A stretch of 64,000 nucleotides of DNA, taken from assembly GCA_964513375.1 (NCBI GenBank), contig CAZEMO010000008.1:85556-149555 (forward strand), written 5' to 3'. A program made the position numbers and the translations under genes. Below the pieces are notes generated by a model. It ran no database searches. It saw only the letters and a list, made by a program, of their open reading frames with translations, and had not been told where the DNA came from. This document shows, piece by piece, positions 10,867 to 21,453 of this stretch. How positions within the stretch are numbered: the first letter of the stretch is position 1; each line of letters opens with the position of its first letter. Origin of the DNA: an uncultured Bacteriovoracaceae bacterium. GTDB taxonomy: Bacteria; Desulfobacterota; Desulfomonilia; UBA1062.

Positions 10867-12023
10867 ACCAGGTTTTTGAGGGCTTCGACCTTATCTGTCT
10901 TTTCCCATGAAAATTCAGGCTCATTCCTGCCGAAATGGCCGTAACCAGCCGTCTTCTTGTATATCGGTCTGAGCAGGTCAAGCGCCTCGATTATGCGCCT
11001 TGGCTTAAGCGGGAAAACTTCTCTCACCATTGCCGAGAGCTTTTCTTCGGAAACAGTTGAAGTACCCCATGTGTCAATCATAACGGATACTGGATCGGCC
11101 ACACCTATTACATAGGCAAGCTGTACCGTGCATTTTTTAACAAGACCTGCAGCTACGATGTTCTTTGCGATATAGCGAGCCATGTATGCGGCGCTTCGGT
11201 CGACCTTGGAAGGGTCCTTGCCGGAAAAAGCTCCGCCGCCGTGAGGAGCAAAACCGCCATAGGTATCAACTATGATCTTCCTGCCGGTCAGACCGCAGTC
11301 GGCATGAGGCCCTCCCAGAACAAACCTGCCAGTTGCATTTATATAATATTTGGTATTGTCATCAATCAGTTCAGTCGGGATTATTTTTTTAATCACCTCT
11401 TCGATAATGCCTTCCTTCAGCCTGTCGTAGCTAATATCCTCATTATGCTGTGCCGCAACGACAATGCCGTCTATTCTCTTTGGAACCCCATCCTTATATT
11501 CTACTGTGACCTGAGTTTTGCCGTCCGGCCTCAAAAACTCGAGTACTCCTTGTTTTCTGGCATCGGAAAGTCTCTTTGAAAGCCCCTGCGCATAATATAT
11601 AGGGGCCGGCATAAGTGTCGGGGTCTCATCGCATGCAAAACCGAACATCATACCCTGGTCACCTGCCCCCTGTTCCGCAAACATGCCTTCACCCTCGTTG
11701 ACGCCCTGTGCTATGTCTGGTGACTGCTTATCAAGGGTAACCATTACACCGCAGGTGTCCCAGGAAAAACCCATACCGCTGTCAGTATAGCCAATCTCTT
11801 TTATTGTCTGTCTGGCGACACGCTGGACATCAAAATTATGTTTAGTCGTTATTTCCCCAGCAACAACGACAAGACCTGTCGTTACAAGTGTTTCACAGGC
11901 AACACGCGCCGCAGTGTCATGAGCCAGTATCTCGTCCAGAACCGCATCCGAAATATGATCGGAAACCTTGTCAGGATGGCCTTCCGTTACTGATTCTGAA
12001 GAAAACAAAAAATCCTTTACCAT
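10863..12023 (-). CDS. metK: S-adenosylmethionine synthetase
   Basis: [16 protein letters not shown] and [19 protein letters not shown] motifs. The start overlaps ahcY. Confidence 0.95.
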   Translation of the reverse strand: MVKDFLFSSESVTEGHPDKVSDHISDAVLDEILAHDTAARVACETLVTTGLVVVAGEITTKHNFDVQRVARQTIKEIGYTDSGMGFSWDTCGVMVTLDKQSPDIAQGVNEGEGMFAEQGAGDQGMMFGFACDETPTLMPAPIYYAQGLSKRLSDARKQGVLEFLRPDGKTQVTVEYKDGVPKRIDGIVVAAQHNEDISYDRLKEGIIEEVIKKIIPTELIDDNTKYYINATGRFVLGGPHADCGLTGRKIIVDTYGGFAPHGGGAFSGKDPSKVDRSAAYMARYIAKNIVAAGLVKKCTVQLAYVIGVADPVSVMIDTWGTSTVSEEKLSAMVREVFPLKPRRIIEALDLLRPIYKKTAGYGHFGRNEPEFSWEKTDKVEALKNLV

Positions 12024-12064
12024 TCTTTTCCTCCTTGATATCTCTGTTTATTCAGTGTTGATTC

Positions 12065-13456
12065 CTAGCCCTTTTTCTGGAGGCCAAGATACTCTGCAAC
12101 TTTTGTTGGATCAAGTTCAAGTCCGACTGGAGTATTCCTGTATTCGTCTCTTATTACAACCCCGTATTCAGGAGCAAAGCTGTCATCGAAATACATCTGC
12201 TGGAAACCCGAGAACTTGAGCTGGTGAGAGGTTGAATCCACAACGAAATTCGTATCCTTATCAAGCATGCCTGCCTTGAGCGCTTTCTTAAGTCCGGCGA
12301 CAGACTCGCCACCCTGGGTGCACACGACATGCCCATGTCTGTTTGATTTCAGCATGCCTTCCATAATTTCCGTCTCGGTTACGGTAATAGTCATGAATTT
12401 GTCGCTATAGAAACCCTCGACAAGTCTCTTGACTTTAGGAAAACTCACAGGATCGCCGATCATGGCTGCCTGAGCTACTGATGGAGACACCTTCATCGGG
12501 TGGAATTCACCGCTTTCTCGCCATTTAACAACGGGATCAGCATGATGACTCTGCACACCGAGAATTACGGGAAGCTCCTCTATTATACCCAGGTTAAGAA
12601 GGTCAAGGAACCCTTCCATAATCGCGGTTACATTGCCTGCATTTCCTATTGGAACTACCACAGCCAAGTTACCGGTCTTCCATCTCATCTGCTGCGCTAC
12701 CTCAAATGCATATGATTTCTGGCCCAGTATCCTTACAGGATTTTTGGAATTAAGCAGAAACACCTTGTAATCCTGAGCAAGCCTTTCTACAACACGCATG
12801 CAATCATCAAAAACACCCGGCAGTTCAATGACCGTCGCACCTGAGCCGAGAGGCTGAGAAAGCTGTTGGCTAGTTACTTTCCCTTTCGGAAGAAGAACTA
12901 CTGTTTTCACCTTGTCCTTGGGAAGATAGCTCAGGTAAAGTGCCGCCGCTGCCGATGTATCACCGGTTGAAGCACATATGCCCAGCACGCTATCCAATTT
13001 TCTGACCCTGATGACATGGTTCAGATAGCTTATGGCGGATGCCATCCCGCGGTCCTTGAAACTTGCAGACGGGTTGAATCCGTCATTCTTAACAATAAAC
13101 GGGGCGCCGACCCATTCCGAGAGTTCAGGATTCGCCTTTACGATAGGGGTGTTTCCCTCCCCGAGATAGATGATATCCTTTACCGGGAGTATGGGCAGTA
13201 TCAGCTCATGGAATCTGAATATACCTGAAAGGCTGTGAGTGTTTGTGGCCCTTCTGGCATCGAATATATCGCGCCATCTGCCTGGCGATTTTTTTTTCAG
13301 ATTACTAAATTCGGTATTTTCGATTATCAGCAGGGAATCGCACTGGGGGCATGTATAAATGAAATCATAGATGTCATAATTGTTGCCGCAGCCTATGCAT
13401 TTATAGGCAAGGGAACCACACATCTCTGGCATGTTTTCTTCAGCCATAGCAAACAA
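12065..13456 (-). CDS. thrC: threonine synthase (long form with N-terminal Cys4 zinc ribbon)
   Basis: SFKDRGMA places the PLP lysine in the correct motif. An N-terminal CxxC...CxxC zinc ribbon is present. Length is 463 aa. Confidence 0.75.
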   Translation of the reverse strand: MFAMAEENMPEMCGSLAYKCIGCGNNYDIYDFIYTCPQCDSLLIIENTEFSNLKKKSPGRWRDIFDARRATNTHSLSGIFRFHELILPILPVKDIIYLGEGNTPIVKANPELSEWVGAPFIVKNDGFNPSASFKDRGMASAISYLNHVIRVRKLDSVLGICASTGDTSAAAALYLSYLPKDKVKTVVLLPKGKVTSQQLSQPLGSGATVIELPGVFDDCMRVVERLAQDYKVFLLNSKNPVRILGQKSYAFEVAQQMRWKTGNLAVVVPIGNAGNVTAIMEGFLDLLNLGIIEELPVILGVQSHHADPVVKWRESGEFHPMKVSPSVAQAAMIGDPVSFPKVKRLVEGFYSDKFMTITVTETEIMEGMLKSNRHGHVVCTQGGESVAGLKKALKAGMLDKDTNFVVDSTSHQLKFSGFQQMYFDDSFAPEYGVVIRDEYRNTPVGLELDPTKVAEYLGLQKKG

Positions 13457-13562
13457 ATCCTATTAAAGACGTCTTTTGGAATGCCAAGTCATATAATACG
13501 CTATTGACTTTTTCAATACTTTTTTGGCACCCTAGCGCTCTACTACATAATAAGGAGATCAT

Positions 13563-14456
13563 ATGGCGGCTTTATCAAATTATGAGATTCCTGGCGGCAG
13601 GAAAATATCGAGCGGCAAGGTCAGAGAAATCTTCGATGTGGATGATAACCACCTCCTTATGGTTACCACTGACAGGCTTTCGGCATTCGACGTGGTGATG
13701 CCTGATCCGATCCCCGACAAGGGAGCAGTTCTCAATCGCATTTCGCTCTGGTGGTTTGATAAAATGAAGACTGTCATAAAAAACCATGTTGTCAGTTCAG
13801 ACATAAACGATTACCCCGCCCCCTTCAAAGGGGACGTCAGGCTGAAGGACCGTTCGATGCTGGTAATAAAGGCCAGACCACTGACAATTGAATGCATAGT
13901 CAGGGGCTACATCTCCGGCTCCGGCTGGAAGGAGTACAGGGAAAAGGGTTCCATTTCCGGCATAAAGCTTCCTGAAGGATTAAAGGAGTCCGACAGGCTG
14001 ACTGAGCCTATTTTCACGCCATCGACAAAAGCGGAAATGGGTCAGCATGATGAAAATGTCTCAGAAGAGGTGGCGAAAGAGCTTGTCGGCAGCGTAGTCT
14101 TCAACAAGGTAAAAGAGGCCGCATTGAAGATTTACAAAACAGCGGCTGACGAGGCACTGAAAAAAGGTATTATCATCGCTGACACCAAGTTCGAATTCGG
14201 TATAAGAAATGGCGAGATAATACTGATCGATGAAGTTCTTACTCCGGACTCTTCACGCTTCTGGCCGCTTGACAAATATGCTCCGGGAAAGGCCCAGCCG
14301 AGCTATGACAAACAGTTCGTCCGCGATTACCTTGAAACGCTTGACTGGGGGAAAAAGGCCCCGGGTCCGAAACTGCCTGAAGAAATCATCGTGAAGACTC
14401 GTGAAAACTATATTGAGGCATACGAGAAGCTTACCGGACTGAAATTCTCATCCTGA
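13563..14456 (+). CDS. purC: phosphoribosylaminoimidazole-succinocarboxamide synthase
   Basis: [11 protein letters not shown]...[13 protein letters not shown] is the SAICAR synthetase signature. An AAGGAG RBS lies upstream. Confidence 0.9.
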   Translation: MAALSNYEIPGGRKISSGKVREIFDVDDNHLLMVTTDRLSAFDVVMPDPIPDKGAVLNRISLWWFDKMKTVIKNHVVSSDINDYPAPFKGDVRLKDRSMLVIKARPLTIECIVRGYISGSGWKEYREKGSISGIKLPEGLKESDRLTEPIFTPSTKAEMGQHDENVSEEVAKELVGSVVFNKVKEAALKIYKTAADEALKKGIIIADTKFEFGIRNGEIILIDEVLTPDSSRFWPLDKYAPGKAQPSYDKQFVRDYLETLDWGKKAPGPKLPEEIIVKTRENYIEAYEKLTGLKFSS

Positions 14457-14457
14457 T

Positions 14458-15414
14458 ATGCACTTGAGGACCGCAGTCAAACTGCCTGTCATTCTTCTGC
14501 TTGTCTTTTCAATAAACGGCTGCGGCCTTTTTGCGGGACACGTTTCAAAAAGCCATATCCCCTGTTCCGTCGGGCATGACCATTTCATCAAGGTGAGTGG
14601 CGTCAACTATCACTACACCGAATATCCTGCATCGGGCAGGGATATACTGCTTATTCACGGTTTTGCATCATCTTCATATACTTGGGAAAGTATAGCGCCT
14701 CTTCTGCAGAAAAACGGCTTTCATGTCTGGGCGCTTGACATAAAAGGATCGGGATGGTCCGACAAACCGGCCCCTGACATTAATACAAAATATGACCTTG
14801 TCACACTGACGGATGAGATCGTCTTATGGATGGACGCGGTCGGCCTCAAAAAGCCTGTTGTTGCTGGGAATTCGCTAGGCGGGGCAATGTGTCTGCTGAT
14901 GGCTATCCGATATCCCGAGAGCATGGACGGTCTTATTCTCATCGATTCTGCTGCATACCCCAATCCGAAAATGAACAGGCTCAGAACAGCCGCTTCAACT
15001 CCAGGGACATTTGTTCTGAAAACATTTTTCAGCAGATCCATCATGAAAGGTCTGCTTAAATCCGGTTTTTATAATGATGAATTGATTACAGACGAACTGG
15101 TTGAAGGATATTATATGAGGCTTTCCAGTAATGGGGCAATCGATGCCCAGATCGCCATAATCAGAAACCTCGATCAGGCTGATTCGCTTATTATGCCTTA
15201 TATATCCAGGATACCGGATATTTCTTTGAGAACACTTCTGATCTGGGGAGACAATGATGAATGGGTTCCTCTCGACACGGTAGCCAGAGAATATAATGCA
15301 AGAATCAAGGGCTCAACGCTCGTTGTAATAGATAACTGCGGCCATTATCCGCAGGAAGAGGCGCCTGAAGCCACATCAAAGGCAATTAATGACTTCATTC
15401 TGTCAATGAATTAG
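14458..15414 (+). CDS. alpha/beta-fold hydrolase, lipoprotein signal
   Basis: Signal peptide with a Cys lipobox (SINGCG). HGFASS and GNSLGG form the nucleophile elbow. Confidence 0.75.
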   Translation: MHLRTAVKLPVILLLVFSINGCGLFAGHVSKSHIPCSVGHDHFIKVSGVNYHYTEYPASGRDILLIHGFASSSYTWESIAPLLQKNGFHVWALDIKGSGWSDKPAPDINTKYDLVTLTDEIVLWMDAVGLKKPVVAGNSLGGAMCLLMAIRYPESMDGLILIDSAAYPNPKMNRLRTAASTPGTFVLKTFFSRSIMKGLLKSGFYNDELITDELVEGYYMRLSSNGAIDAQIAIIRNLDQADSLIMPYISRIPDISLRTLLIWGDNDEWVPLDTVAREYNARIKGSTLVVIDNCGHYPQEEAPEATSKAINDFILSMN

Positions 15415-15452
15415 CCACAACCAGGGAATAATTCTAAAAATCAGATCATCTA

Positions 15453-16166
15453 TTATCTATATGCTTCCTGAGAAGCGACAACAGAGAGTATCCACTCTCT
15501 TGCGGTTTCAGTTACGGATTTTGTCGCCGGTTCCCTGCCCAAAAGGACTTCAGCAAACTGGCGCAGCATCTTGGCGGTCGCACCCCAGATAACTCCGTCA
15601 ACTGTCTCCAGACAAAAAAGTTCGAATTCATGGCCTTTGATCGATGCCTTCTCCATCATCCACGCATCATCTGACAGCACATCGGCAAGGGGTAGAAAAA
15701 GAAGCGTCTCTGATTCACTGTTTATTTTAAGCTCATACGGCCAGGGGACAATTCCCACAGCAGGGGTGATATGAAAACTGGATATGGTAATATAGTCATC
15801 AAGCAGCCCCAGTACATCAACATCATGGGGTCTGAGACCTATTTCCTCTTCAGCCTCCCTCAGAGCTGTTTCAACAGGTGATGCATCATCGGGTTCTGCA
15901 TGGCCCCCGGGAAATGAAATCTCACCCTTATGGTGTTCGACGCTCATTGAACGTTTTGTAAGAATAATCTGCGGTCTGTCATCGATAAAAGAGATCGGCA
16001 CGAGCACGGCGGCAGGTTTCATCCTTCCTGCGAAAATCTCTTTTCTAGTCCTGTTTCCCAGTCTGGAGCTTATCAGATATGCCAGTTTCTCTCTGCTTGC
16101 CAACTCGTCCATAGCGAAACAATGTAGCATATTCAGAGGGTAATGAACAGTCTTGACCGCCAGCAT
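15453..16166 (-). CDS. NUDIX hydrolase, CoA pyrophosphatase-like
   Basis: The Nudix box is GGHAEPDDASPVETALREAEEEIGL. The start is uncertain. The longest ORF (to 16352) overlaps the divergent gene at 16191, so I chose the internal Met at 16166. Alternatives are 16130 and 16112. Confidence 0.65.
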   Translation of the reverse strand: MLAVKTVHYPLNMLHCFAMDELASREKLAYLISSRLGNRTRKEIFAGRMKPAAVLVPISFIDDRPQIILTKRSMSVEHHKGEISFPGGHAEPDDASPVETALREAEEEIGLRPHDVDVLGLLDDYITISSFHITPAVGIVPWPYELKINSESETLLFLPLADVLSDDAWMMEKASIKGHEFELFCLETVDGVIWGATAKMLRQFAEVLLGREPATKSVTETAREWILSVVASQEAYR

Positions 16167-16190
16167 TATTGCTGTGTATAGATATGGGTC

Positions 16191-16781
16191 ATGAAGACAA
16201 CTTACCCCATAGAAGAATTCATCGAATTCATGGAAGACATGATGAATGATCTGGATCAGCTTCTTGAAAGCCCGACGGTTGAGAAGAAATCCGCCATAAA
16301 GTGGAGAGAGGATACAAAGAAGAAAATTTCCACGGTCTTCGGAGAAAACCATCCGTATGTCAGGGAATTCGAGGCTATCGATTTTGCAACCCCGTTCATT
16401 GACGGTTCTGACAAAGTCATGGTCGAGGACACATACAGACTTGGACTTGAAGACGGGAAATCATATCTGATCGCCATGATGGATGAACTTGAAAGCGAAT
16501 ACTACAACGTATTCGGCATGATGGATATTGAGACAACTTTTTATGAGATGGGCAAGTACATAATTGCAAAGATAGAAGACCCCGCCGTCAGGGAAGACCT
16601 GCTTCAGAGAATCTCGATTCTGAGCGAGGGGCTCGTTTCCGGGGACATCGACGGCAAGGTCATATCCGAACAGCTCAGATACATAAGCCAGATGGACAAG
16701 GGCCTTTTTAAGATGATCGTTCCGGTCTTTGCATGGTATTATGTGGGTGCAGACAAATCAGGCGACACGATCCCGAACTGA
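16191..16781 (+). CDS. hypothetical protein
   Basis: 196 aa, acidic, with no recognisable motif. The codon usage matches the neighbouring genes. Confidence 0.45.
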   Translation: MKTTYPIEEFIEFMEDMMNDLDQLLESPTVEKKSAIKWREDTKKKISTVFGENHPYVREFEAIDFATPFIDGSDKVMVEDTYRLGLEDGKSYLIAMMDELESEYYNVFGMMDIETTFYEMGKYIIAKIEDPAVREDLLQRISILSEGLVSGDIDGKVISEQLRYISQMDKGLFKMIVPVFAWYYVGADKSGDTIPN

Positions 16782-16822
16782 AAAAGAAATACGACAGCAA
16801 ACCAAAAACATAAGGAGTAATA

Positions 16823-18394
16823 ATGCCAAAAATTGAGAGGGTATTGATCAGCGTAACAGACAAGGCCGGGATAGCCGCTTTTGCAAAAGACCTTGCTTCT
16901 TTCGGCGTGGAGATAATATCAACAGGCGGGACTGCAAAAATGCTAAGGGAGAGCGGCCTTGCCGTAATAGACATATCGGACTTCACCGGTTTTCCCGAGA
17001 TGATGGATGGAAGGCTCAAGACCCTTCATCCGAAAGTACACGGCGGCATGCTTGCACTCAGAAGCAACCCGGGACATGTGGCTTCGATGAAGGAGCACGG
17101 TATAAAGCCGATAGATATGCTTGTGGTAAACCTTTATCGCTTCGAAGACACAGTGGCCAAGGGCGCAGAGCTTCATGAGGCCATAGAGAATATAGACATC
17201 GGCGGGCCGGCAATGCTTCGCGCCGCATCAAAAAACTACGAATTCGTGAGCGTAGTCACGGATCCGGCAGACTATGCACCCATCATCGAAGAAATGACTG
17301 CTTCGGGAGGAGCCGTCAGCGCAAAGACCAACTTCAACCTTGCCAGAAAGGCTTTCTCCCTGACCGCCCGCTATGACGCTGCCATTTCGAATCACCTTCA
17401 GGGCATAGACGTGGAAGAAGGCCAGTTCCCTCTTACATATACCGTGCAGTATAACCGCAGGCAGATCATGAGATACGGCGAGAACCCGCATCAGAAGGCT
17501 GCCTTCTATGCCGAGACAAAAATCGATCAGCCTTCAATAGCAACTGCGGAACAGCTCTGGGGTAAGGAGCTTTCATACAACAACATCATGGACTCGGATG
17601 CCGCGCTCGATATGATAATGGATTTCGACAAGCCAGCGTGCGTCATTCTGAAACATTCCAATCCATGCGGGGCCGCACAGTCGGACTCATCTCTAGTAGA
17701 AGCCTACAGGAATGCATTCGCCGTCGATAAGGTCAGCGCATTCGGGGGCATAGTCGGACTGAACAGGATTGTCGATGCCGAGACCGCCCGGGCTATTGGA
17801 GAGGTGTTCACCGAGGTCGTCGTTGCGCCCGGTTATACCGACGAAGCCTTGAAGATTCTCGAAGAAAAGAAAAATATCAGATTACTTAACGTCCCTGAAA
17901 TACTTGCAGGTCCCAGCGCCAAAAAGCAGATGGCATCAACGCGCAGGGTTGTGGGCGGGCTTCTGCTACAGGACAGGGATATGGGGACCATCGACCTCAA
18001 AAATGCAAAGTTCGTCACAAAAAGAGCCCCGACCGCGGAAGAGCTTGAAGCGCTTCAGTTCGCATGGCGCATAGTAAAGTTCGTCAAGTCTAACGCCGTT
18101 GTCTATGCCTCAAAGAACCAGCTCATAGGCGTCGGCGCAGGACAGATGAGCCGTGTCGATTCCTCAAGGCTTGCTATCCTCAAAGCGGAAAATGCAGGGC
18201 TGTCGCTCAAAGGTTCGGTCGTTGCATCGGATGCTTTTTTCCCGTTCAGGGACGGCATCGACGAGGCAGCGGGTGCGGGTGCGACTGCGGTTGTTCAGCC
18301 GGGCGGATCGGTACGCGATGAAGAGGTCATCGAAGCTGCCAACGAGCACAATATGGCGATGGTATTTACAGGGATGCGACATTTCCGCCATTAG
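16823..18394 (+). CDS. purH: bifunctional AICAR transformylase / IMP cyclohydrolase
   Basis: [12 protein letters not shown]...[12 protein letters not shown] covers the MGS-like domain and the AICARFT domain. Length is 523 aa. Confidence 0.95.
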   Translation: MPKIERVLISVTDKAGIAAFAKDLASFGVEIISTGGTAKMLRESGLAVIDISDFTGFPEMMDGRLKTLHPKVHGGMLALRSNPGHVASMKEHGIKPIDMLVVNLYRFEDTVAKGAELHEAIENIDIGGPAMLRAASKNYEFVSVVTDPADYAPIIEEMTASGGAVSAKTNFNLARKAFSLTARYDAAISNHLQGIDVEEGQFPLTYTVQYNRRQIMRYGENPHQKAAFYAETKIDQPSIATAEQLWGKELSYNNIMDSDAALDMIMDFDKPACVILKHSNPCGAAQSDSSLVEAYRNAFAVDKVSAFGGIVGLNRIVDAETARAIGEVFTEVVVAPGYTDEALKILEEKKNIRLLNVPEILAGPSAKKQMASTRRVVGGLLLQDRDMGTIDLKNAKFVTKRAPTAEELEALQFAWRIVKFVKSNAVVYASKNQLIGVGAGQMSRVDSSRLAILKAENAGLSLKGSVVASDAFFPFRDGIDEAAGAGATAVVQPGGSVRDEEVIEAANEHNMAMVFTGMRHFRH

Positions 18395-18518
18395 TTTTGC
18401 TTCGCATTCAAGCCCTATCATTGTCGGCTGCGTCAGAACGCTCCTCAGCATACGTTAAAGTATGCCTGCGTCGCTTCCTCCTGGCCTCCTCGATATCATC
18501 TTGAATGCAAAGCAAAAC
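18394..18518 (+). repeat. MITE-like inverted-repeat element, copy A
   Basis: 19-bp terminal inverted repeats: GTTTTGCTTCGCATTCAAG ... CTTGAATGCAAAGCAAAAC. The core is about 85 % identical to the reverse complement of 46650-46755. Confidence 0.75.
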
Positions 18519-18759
18519 TTTATAAAGAGCTCGATTACAACAGCAATCCGCGTCGCTCCTTGACTTGCTTTGTTATAACGCCATGTAAGAAACTTGATAT
18601 TTAATAAGGTCAGGAGTGTTGCAATAAAAAAATTAAATGGAAACATTCTGGTTTCAGCATTGTAAAATTTCATCTTTACAATAACTTTTTTTATTGACCT
18701 CTCAAGTTAACTGTTGCATGTATTAAACTACTTGGAATAATAAGTGGGGAGATACGTAT

Positions 18760-19029
18760 ATGATCATTGATTCTTCAAGGATGATACCGGTAACAAGACT
18801 TCAAAAGGAGCTTCCTGCAAAAATCCGCGAGGTGAGCTCGGGAGATGAACCGCTTTATGTACTGAAAAACAACCATATGGAGGCCGTTATTGTCTCCGCC
18901 GCTGAATATGAACAATTAAAAAACGCACTTGATGTAGTCGAGCAGTTTGAAATCGGCGACATCGTAAAAAAACGCATGAAGAAATATGACAGGTCTCAAA
19001 ATATCTCTTGGGATGAGCTCAAAAAATAA
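18760..19029 (+). CDS. type II antitoxin, Phd/YefM-like
   Basis: 89 aa. It sits immediately upstream of the RelE/ParE toxin and overlaps it by 1 nt in a TAATG arrangement. Confidence 0.65.
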   Translation: MIIDSSRMIPVTRLQKELPAKIREVSSGDEPLYVLKNNHMEAVIVSAAEYEQLKNALDVVEQFEIGDIVKKRMKKYDRSQNISWDELKK

Positions 19030-19343
19030 TGGCCGCCAGGATAGAGTTTATAATTGATGCAGTTATTGATTACAAAAAGCTCGAAGGAAGTGTAAGAAAA
19101 AAGGTTGATAAACGACTCCTTGAACTCTCGGAAAACCCATTTATCGGAGAACACCTTGGAAACAAGTTTAACATAAACCTAACAGGATTTTACAAACTTT
19201 ATGCCGACAGTAAAAGGATAAGGATCATTTATAGACTCATCGGCGATGAAATCGAAATCATAGAAATCTGGGGAATAGGGAAAAGAGAAAAAGAAGAGAT
19301 TTACAGACTGATCGGGCATCGTCTTAAAAAGAAATCGAAATAA
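19029..19343 (+). CDS. type II toxin, RelE/ParE family
   Basis: 104 aa. The pattern KRIRIIYRLIGDEIEIIEIWG matches RelE/ParE. Confidence 0.7.
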   Translation: MAARIEFIIDAVIDYKKLEGSVRKKVDKRLLELSENPFIGEHLGNKFNINLTGFYKLYADSKRIRIIYRLIGDEIEIIEIWGIGKREKEEIYRLIGHRLKKKSK

Positions 19344-19406
19344 CATTCTAATTCTGTTAATTAAATCTAGTCATAACTGAAACAAAAACAATCCGGAGGA
19401 TGAAGA

Positions 19407-20684
19407 ATGAAAGTTCTCGTTATAGGTTCTGGAGGCAGGGAACATGCCCTTTGCTTCAAAATAGCCAAAAGTCCGCTGGTCGATACGGTTTTCTGTGCGC
19501 CGGGAAACGGCGGCATAGCTACAGATGCCGAATGCGTGAACATTGACGTAAGCGATTTCGCATCGCTTATCAGATTTGTAAAATCAAACGATGTAGGACT
19601 TACGGTGGTCGGACCCGAAGTCCCGCTTTCAGAGGGTATTGTCGATGTTTTCTCCGCAGAAGGGCTCAAAATTTTTGGACCGGACAAGAAGGCTGCCATG
19701 CTGGAAGGCTCAAAGGTTTTTTCAAAGGAGTCCATGAAGGAATTCTGCATTCCTACAGCTGAATTCTGTACCTTTAATGACTACGATTCTGCAAAAGACT
19801 ATGTAGGAAAGGCATGCTTTGAGCTTGTCGTCAAAGCGGACGGCCTTGCCGCAGGGAAAGGAGTCATAGTCACATGCGACAAGGACGAAGCTTTCAGAGC
19901 GCTCGACGAGGTCATGCTGGACAAGGCTTACGGCAGCGCCGGGAATACTGTAGTCCTCGAAGAAAGGCTTATCGGCGAGGAGGCTTCCTTCATCGCAATA
20001 TGCGACGGTGAGAATATCGTTCCACTTGCATCTTCGCAGGACCATAAACCCGTCTTCGATAACGACGAGGGGCCCAACACCGGAGGCATGGGTGCATATT
20101 CACCTGCGCCCGTAGTTGATGAAAAGATATTCGGCGAAGTCATGAATAATGTACTTTATCCACTTGTCAGAGGGCTCAAGAAAAAGGGCATCACATATAA
20201 AGGCGTCATTTATGCGGGTCTCATGATCACGGATAAAGGTGTTTACGTGCTTGAATACAATGTCAGGATGGGAGACCCGGAGACTCAGCCCCTCCTTATG
20301 AGGCTCAAAAGCGATATCGTACCTGTTATGCTGGAAGTGGCTTCGGGCGGCAGCATAAAGGACATGTTACTTGAGTGGGAGAATGGCGCAACGGTCTGCG
20401 TTGTAATGGCCTCAGGCGGCTATCCCGGTGGTTACAAGAAGGGCTTGCCCATATCCGGCATCGAAAAAGCCGACGCCATACCCGGCGTAAAGGTCTTTCA
20501 TGCTGGCACAAAAAAAGACGGCGACACCATAGTGACATCGGGAGGTCGGGTGCTCGGCGTGACAGCACTGGGGCCGGACGTCAAATCAGCCATAGATAAG
20601 GCATACAAGGCGGCAAAGCTCATAAATTTCGAGAGCATGCATTACAGGAAAGACATCGGGAGAAAGGCGCTTATCAGAGAATAG
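19407..20684 (+). CDS. purD: phosphoribosylamine--glycine ligase
   Basis: MKVLVIGSGGREHAL and an ATP-grasp domain. GGAGG RBS upstream. Confidence 0.95.
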   Translation: MKVLVIGSGGREHALCFKIAKSPLVDTVFCAPGNGGIATDAECVNIDVSDFASLIRFVKSNDVGLTVVGPEVPLSEGIVDVFSAEGLKIFGPDKKAAMLEGSKVFSKESMKEFCIPTAEFCTFNDYDSAKDYVGKACFELVVKADGLAAGKGVIVTCDKDEAFRALDEVMLDKAYGSAGNTVVLEERLIGEEASFIAICDGENIVPLASSQDHKPVFDNDEGPNTGGMGAYSPAPVVDEKIFGEVMNNVLYPLVRGLKKKGITYKGVIYAGLMITDKGVYVLEYNVRMGDPETQPLLMRLKSDIVPVMLEVASGGSIKDMLLEWENGATVCVVMASGGYPGGYKKGLPISGIEKADAIPGVKVFHAGTKKDGDTIVTSGGRVLGVTALGPDVKSAIDKAYKAAKLINFESMHYRKDIGRKALIRE

Positions 20685-20704
20685 TGGTGAGTCAGGAGTG
20701 TTGA

Positions 20705-21430
20705 GTGGTGAGCAATAAAGAATCAAATACAAATACTTGGATTAATGTACTCTACAAATATAATTATCCCTATAATTTGAAGCATTATATGAATGCTTCA
20801 AATCATAATAGTTGGTTCAGTTTATCTAGTAAAACAGGTAACAGAGATGACACAATAAAATTTGAGGATCATTTCAGAAATCATGCAAAAGATGCAATTG
20901 CCCCTTGGCTTGAAGTGATTTTCTGGAAAATGTTTAGCACTGGAATAGATGCAGCAAATGATAGATCTGAAAAAACAGAAAGATTCTTCAAAGTTCAAAA
21001 TACTAACCCTTCCGAATTATGGGATACTTGTAATGACTTTACAAAAGTTCCTACCAAAGAAAATCTAAAAAGAATTATGAGTCTTTTAAATATATATTCT
21101 GGAATAGCTATTGCTATGACTTTCCCTGCATTTGTTAACCCAGAACAATTTCCAATGATAGATAAACACATTGCTTGTTGGATCAATAAAAACTATTTCA
21201 AATTTAATTCATTTATTCCTTCCGAATACCAATTGAGGAAGCAATCTTCACTTGGTAAACTTTCAATTATTGATTATGATTTTTGTAAAAGTTGGATTGG
21301 ATGGTGCAAATATATGGCAGGAAAATTGTCTGAAATTACTGATATTAAATGGAGAGCAAGAGATGTTGAAATGGCTGTATTTACTGCGAATAGAACAGGT
21401 ATAAATCTTGAACCATTAGTAGTACTTTGA
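20705..21430 (+). CDS. hypothetical protein encoded on a low-GC (~33 %) insert
   Basis: GTG start. The composition is strongly AT-rich compared with the flanking genes. I recognised no family. Confidence 0.45.
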   Translation: MVSNKESNTNTWINVLYKYNYPYNLKHYMNASNHNSWFSLSSKTGNRDDTIKFEDHFRNHAKDAIAPWLEVIFWKMFSTGIDAANDRSEKTERFFKVQNTNPSELWDTCNDFTKVPTKENLKRIMSLLNIYSGIAIAMTFPAFVNPEQFPMIDKHIACWINKNYFKFNSFIPSEYQLRKQSSLGKLSIIDYDFCKSWIGWCKYMAGKLSEITDIKWRARDVEMAVFTANRTGINLEPLVVL

Positions 21431-21453
21431 TTGTGAAATAGGCCAATATAATC

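Noticed and set aside
13457-13562. Possible purine or ZTP riboswitch upstream of purC, purH or purD
   Set aside because: The leaders are short (40-100 nt) and lack the conserved ZTP (pfl) or purine-riboswitch core sequences.
15453-16352. Full-length 299-aa version of the NUDIX ORF
   Set aside because: The first roughly 60 codons overlap the divergently oriented gene at 16191 and add no conserved sequence. The Nudix/CoAse homology starts later, so an internal Met start is more plausible.
18153-18673. ORFs 18153-18458(+), 18164-18451(-) and 18455-18673(-) overlapping the purH 3' end and the MITE
   Set aside because: They overlap the well-supported purH gene or lie within the inverted-repeat element. 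They have no RBS or family signal and are most likely frame artefacts.
20326-20599. Arg-rich antisense or alternate-frame ORFs inside purD
   Set aside because: These are typical GC-frame artefacts inside a highly conserved gene.
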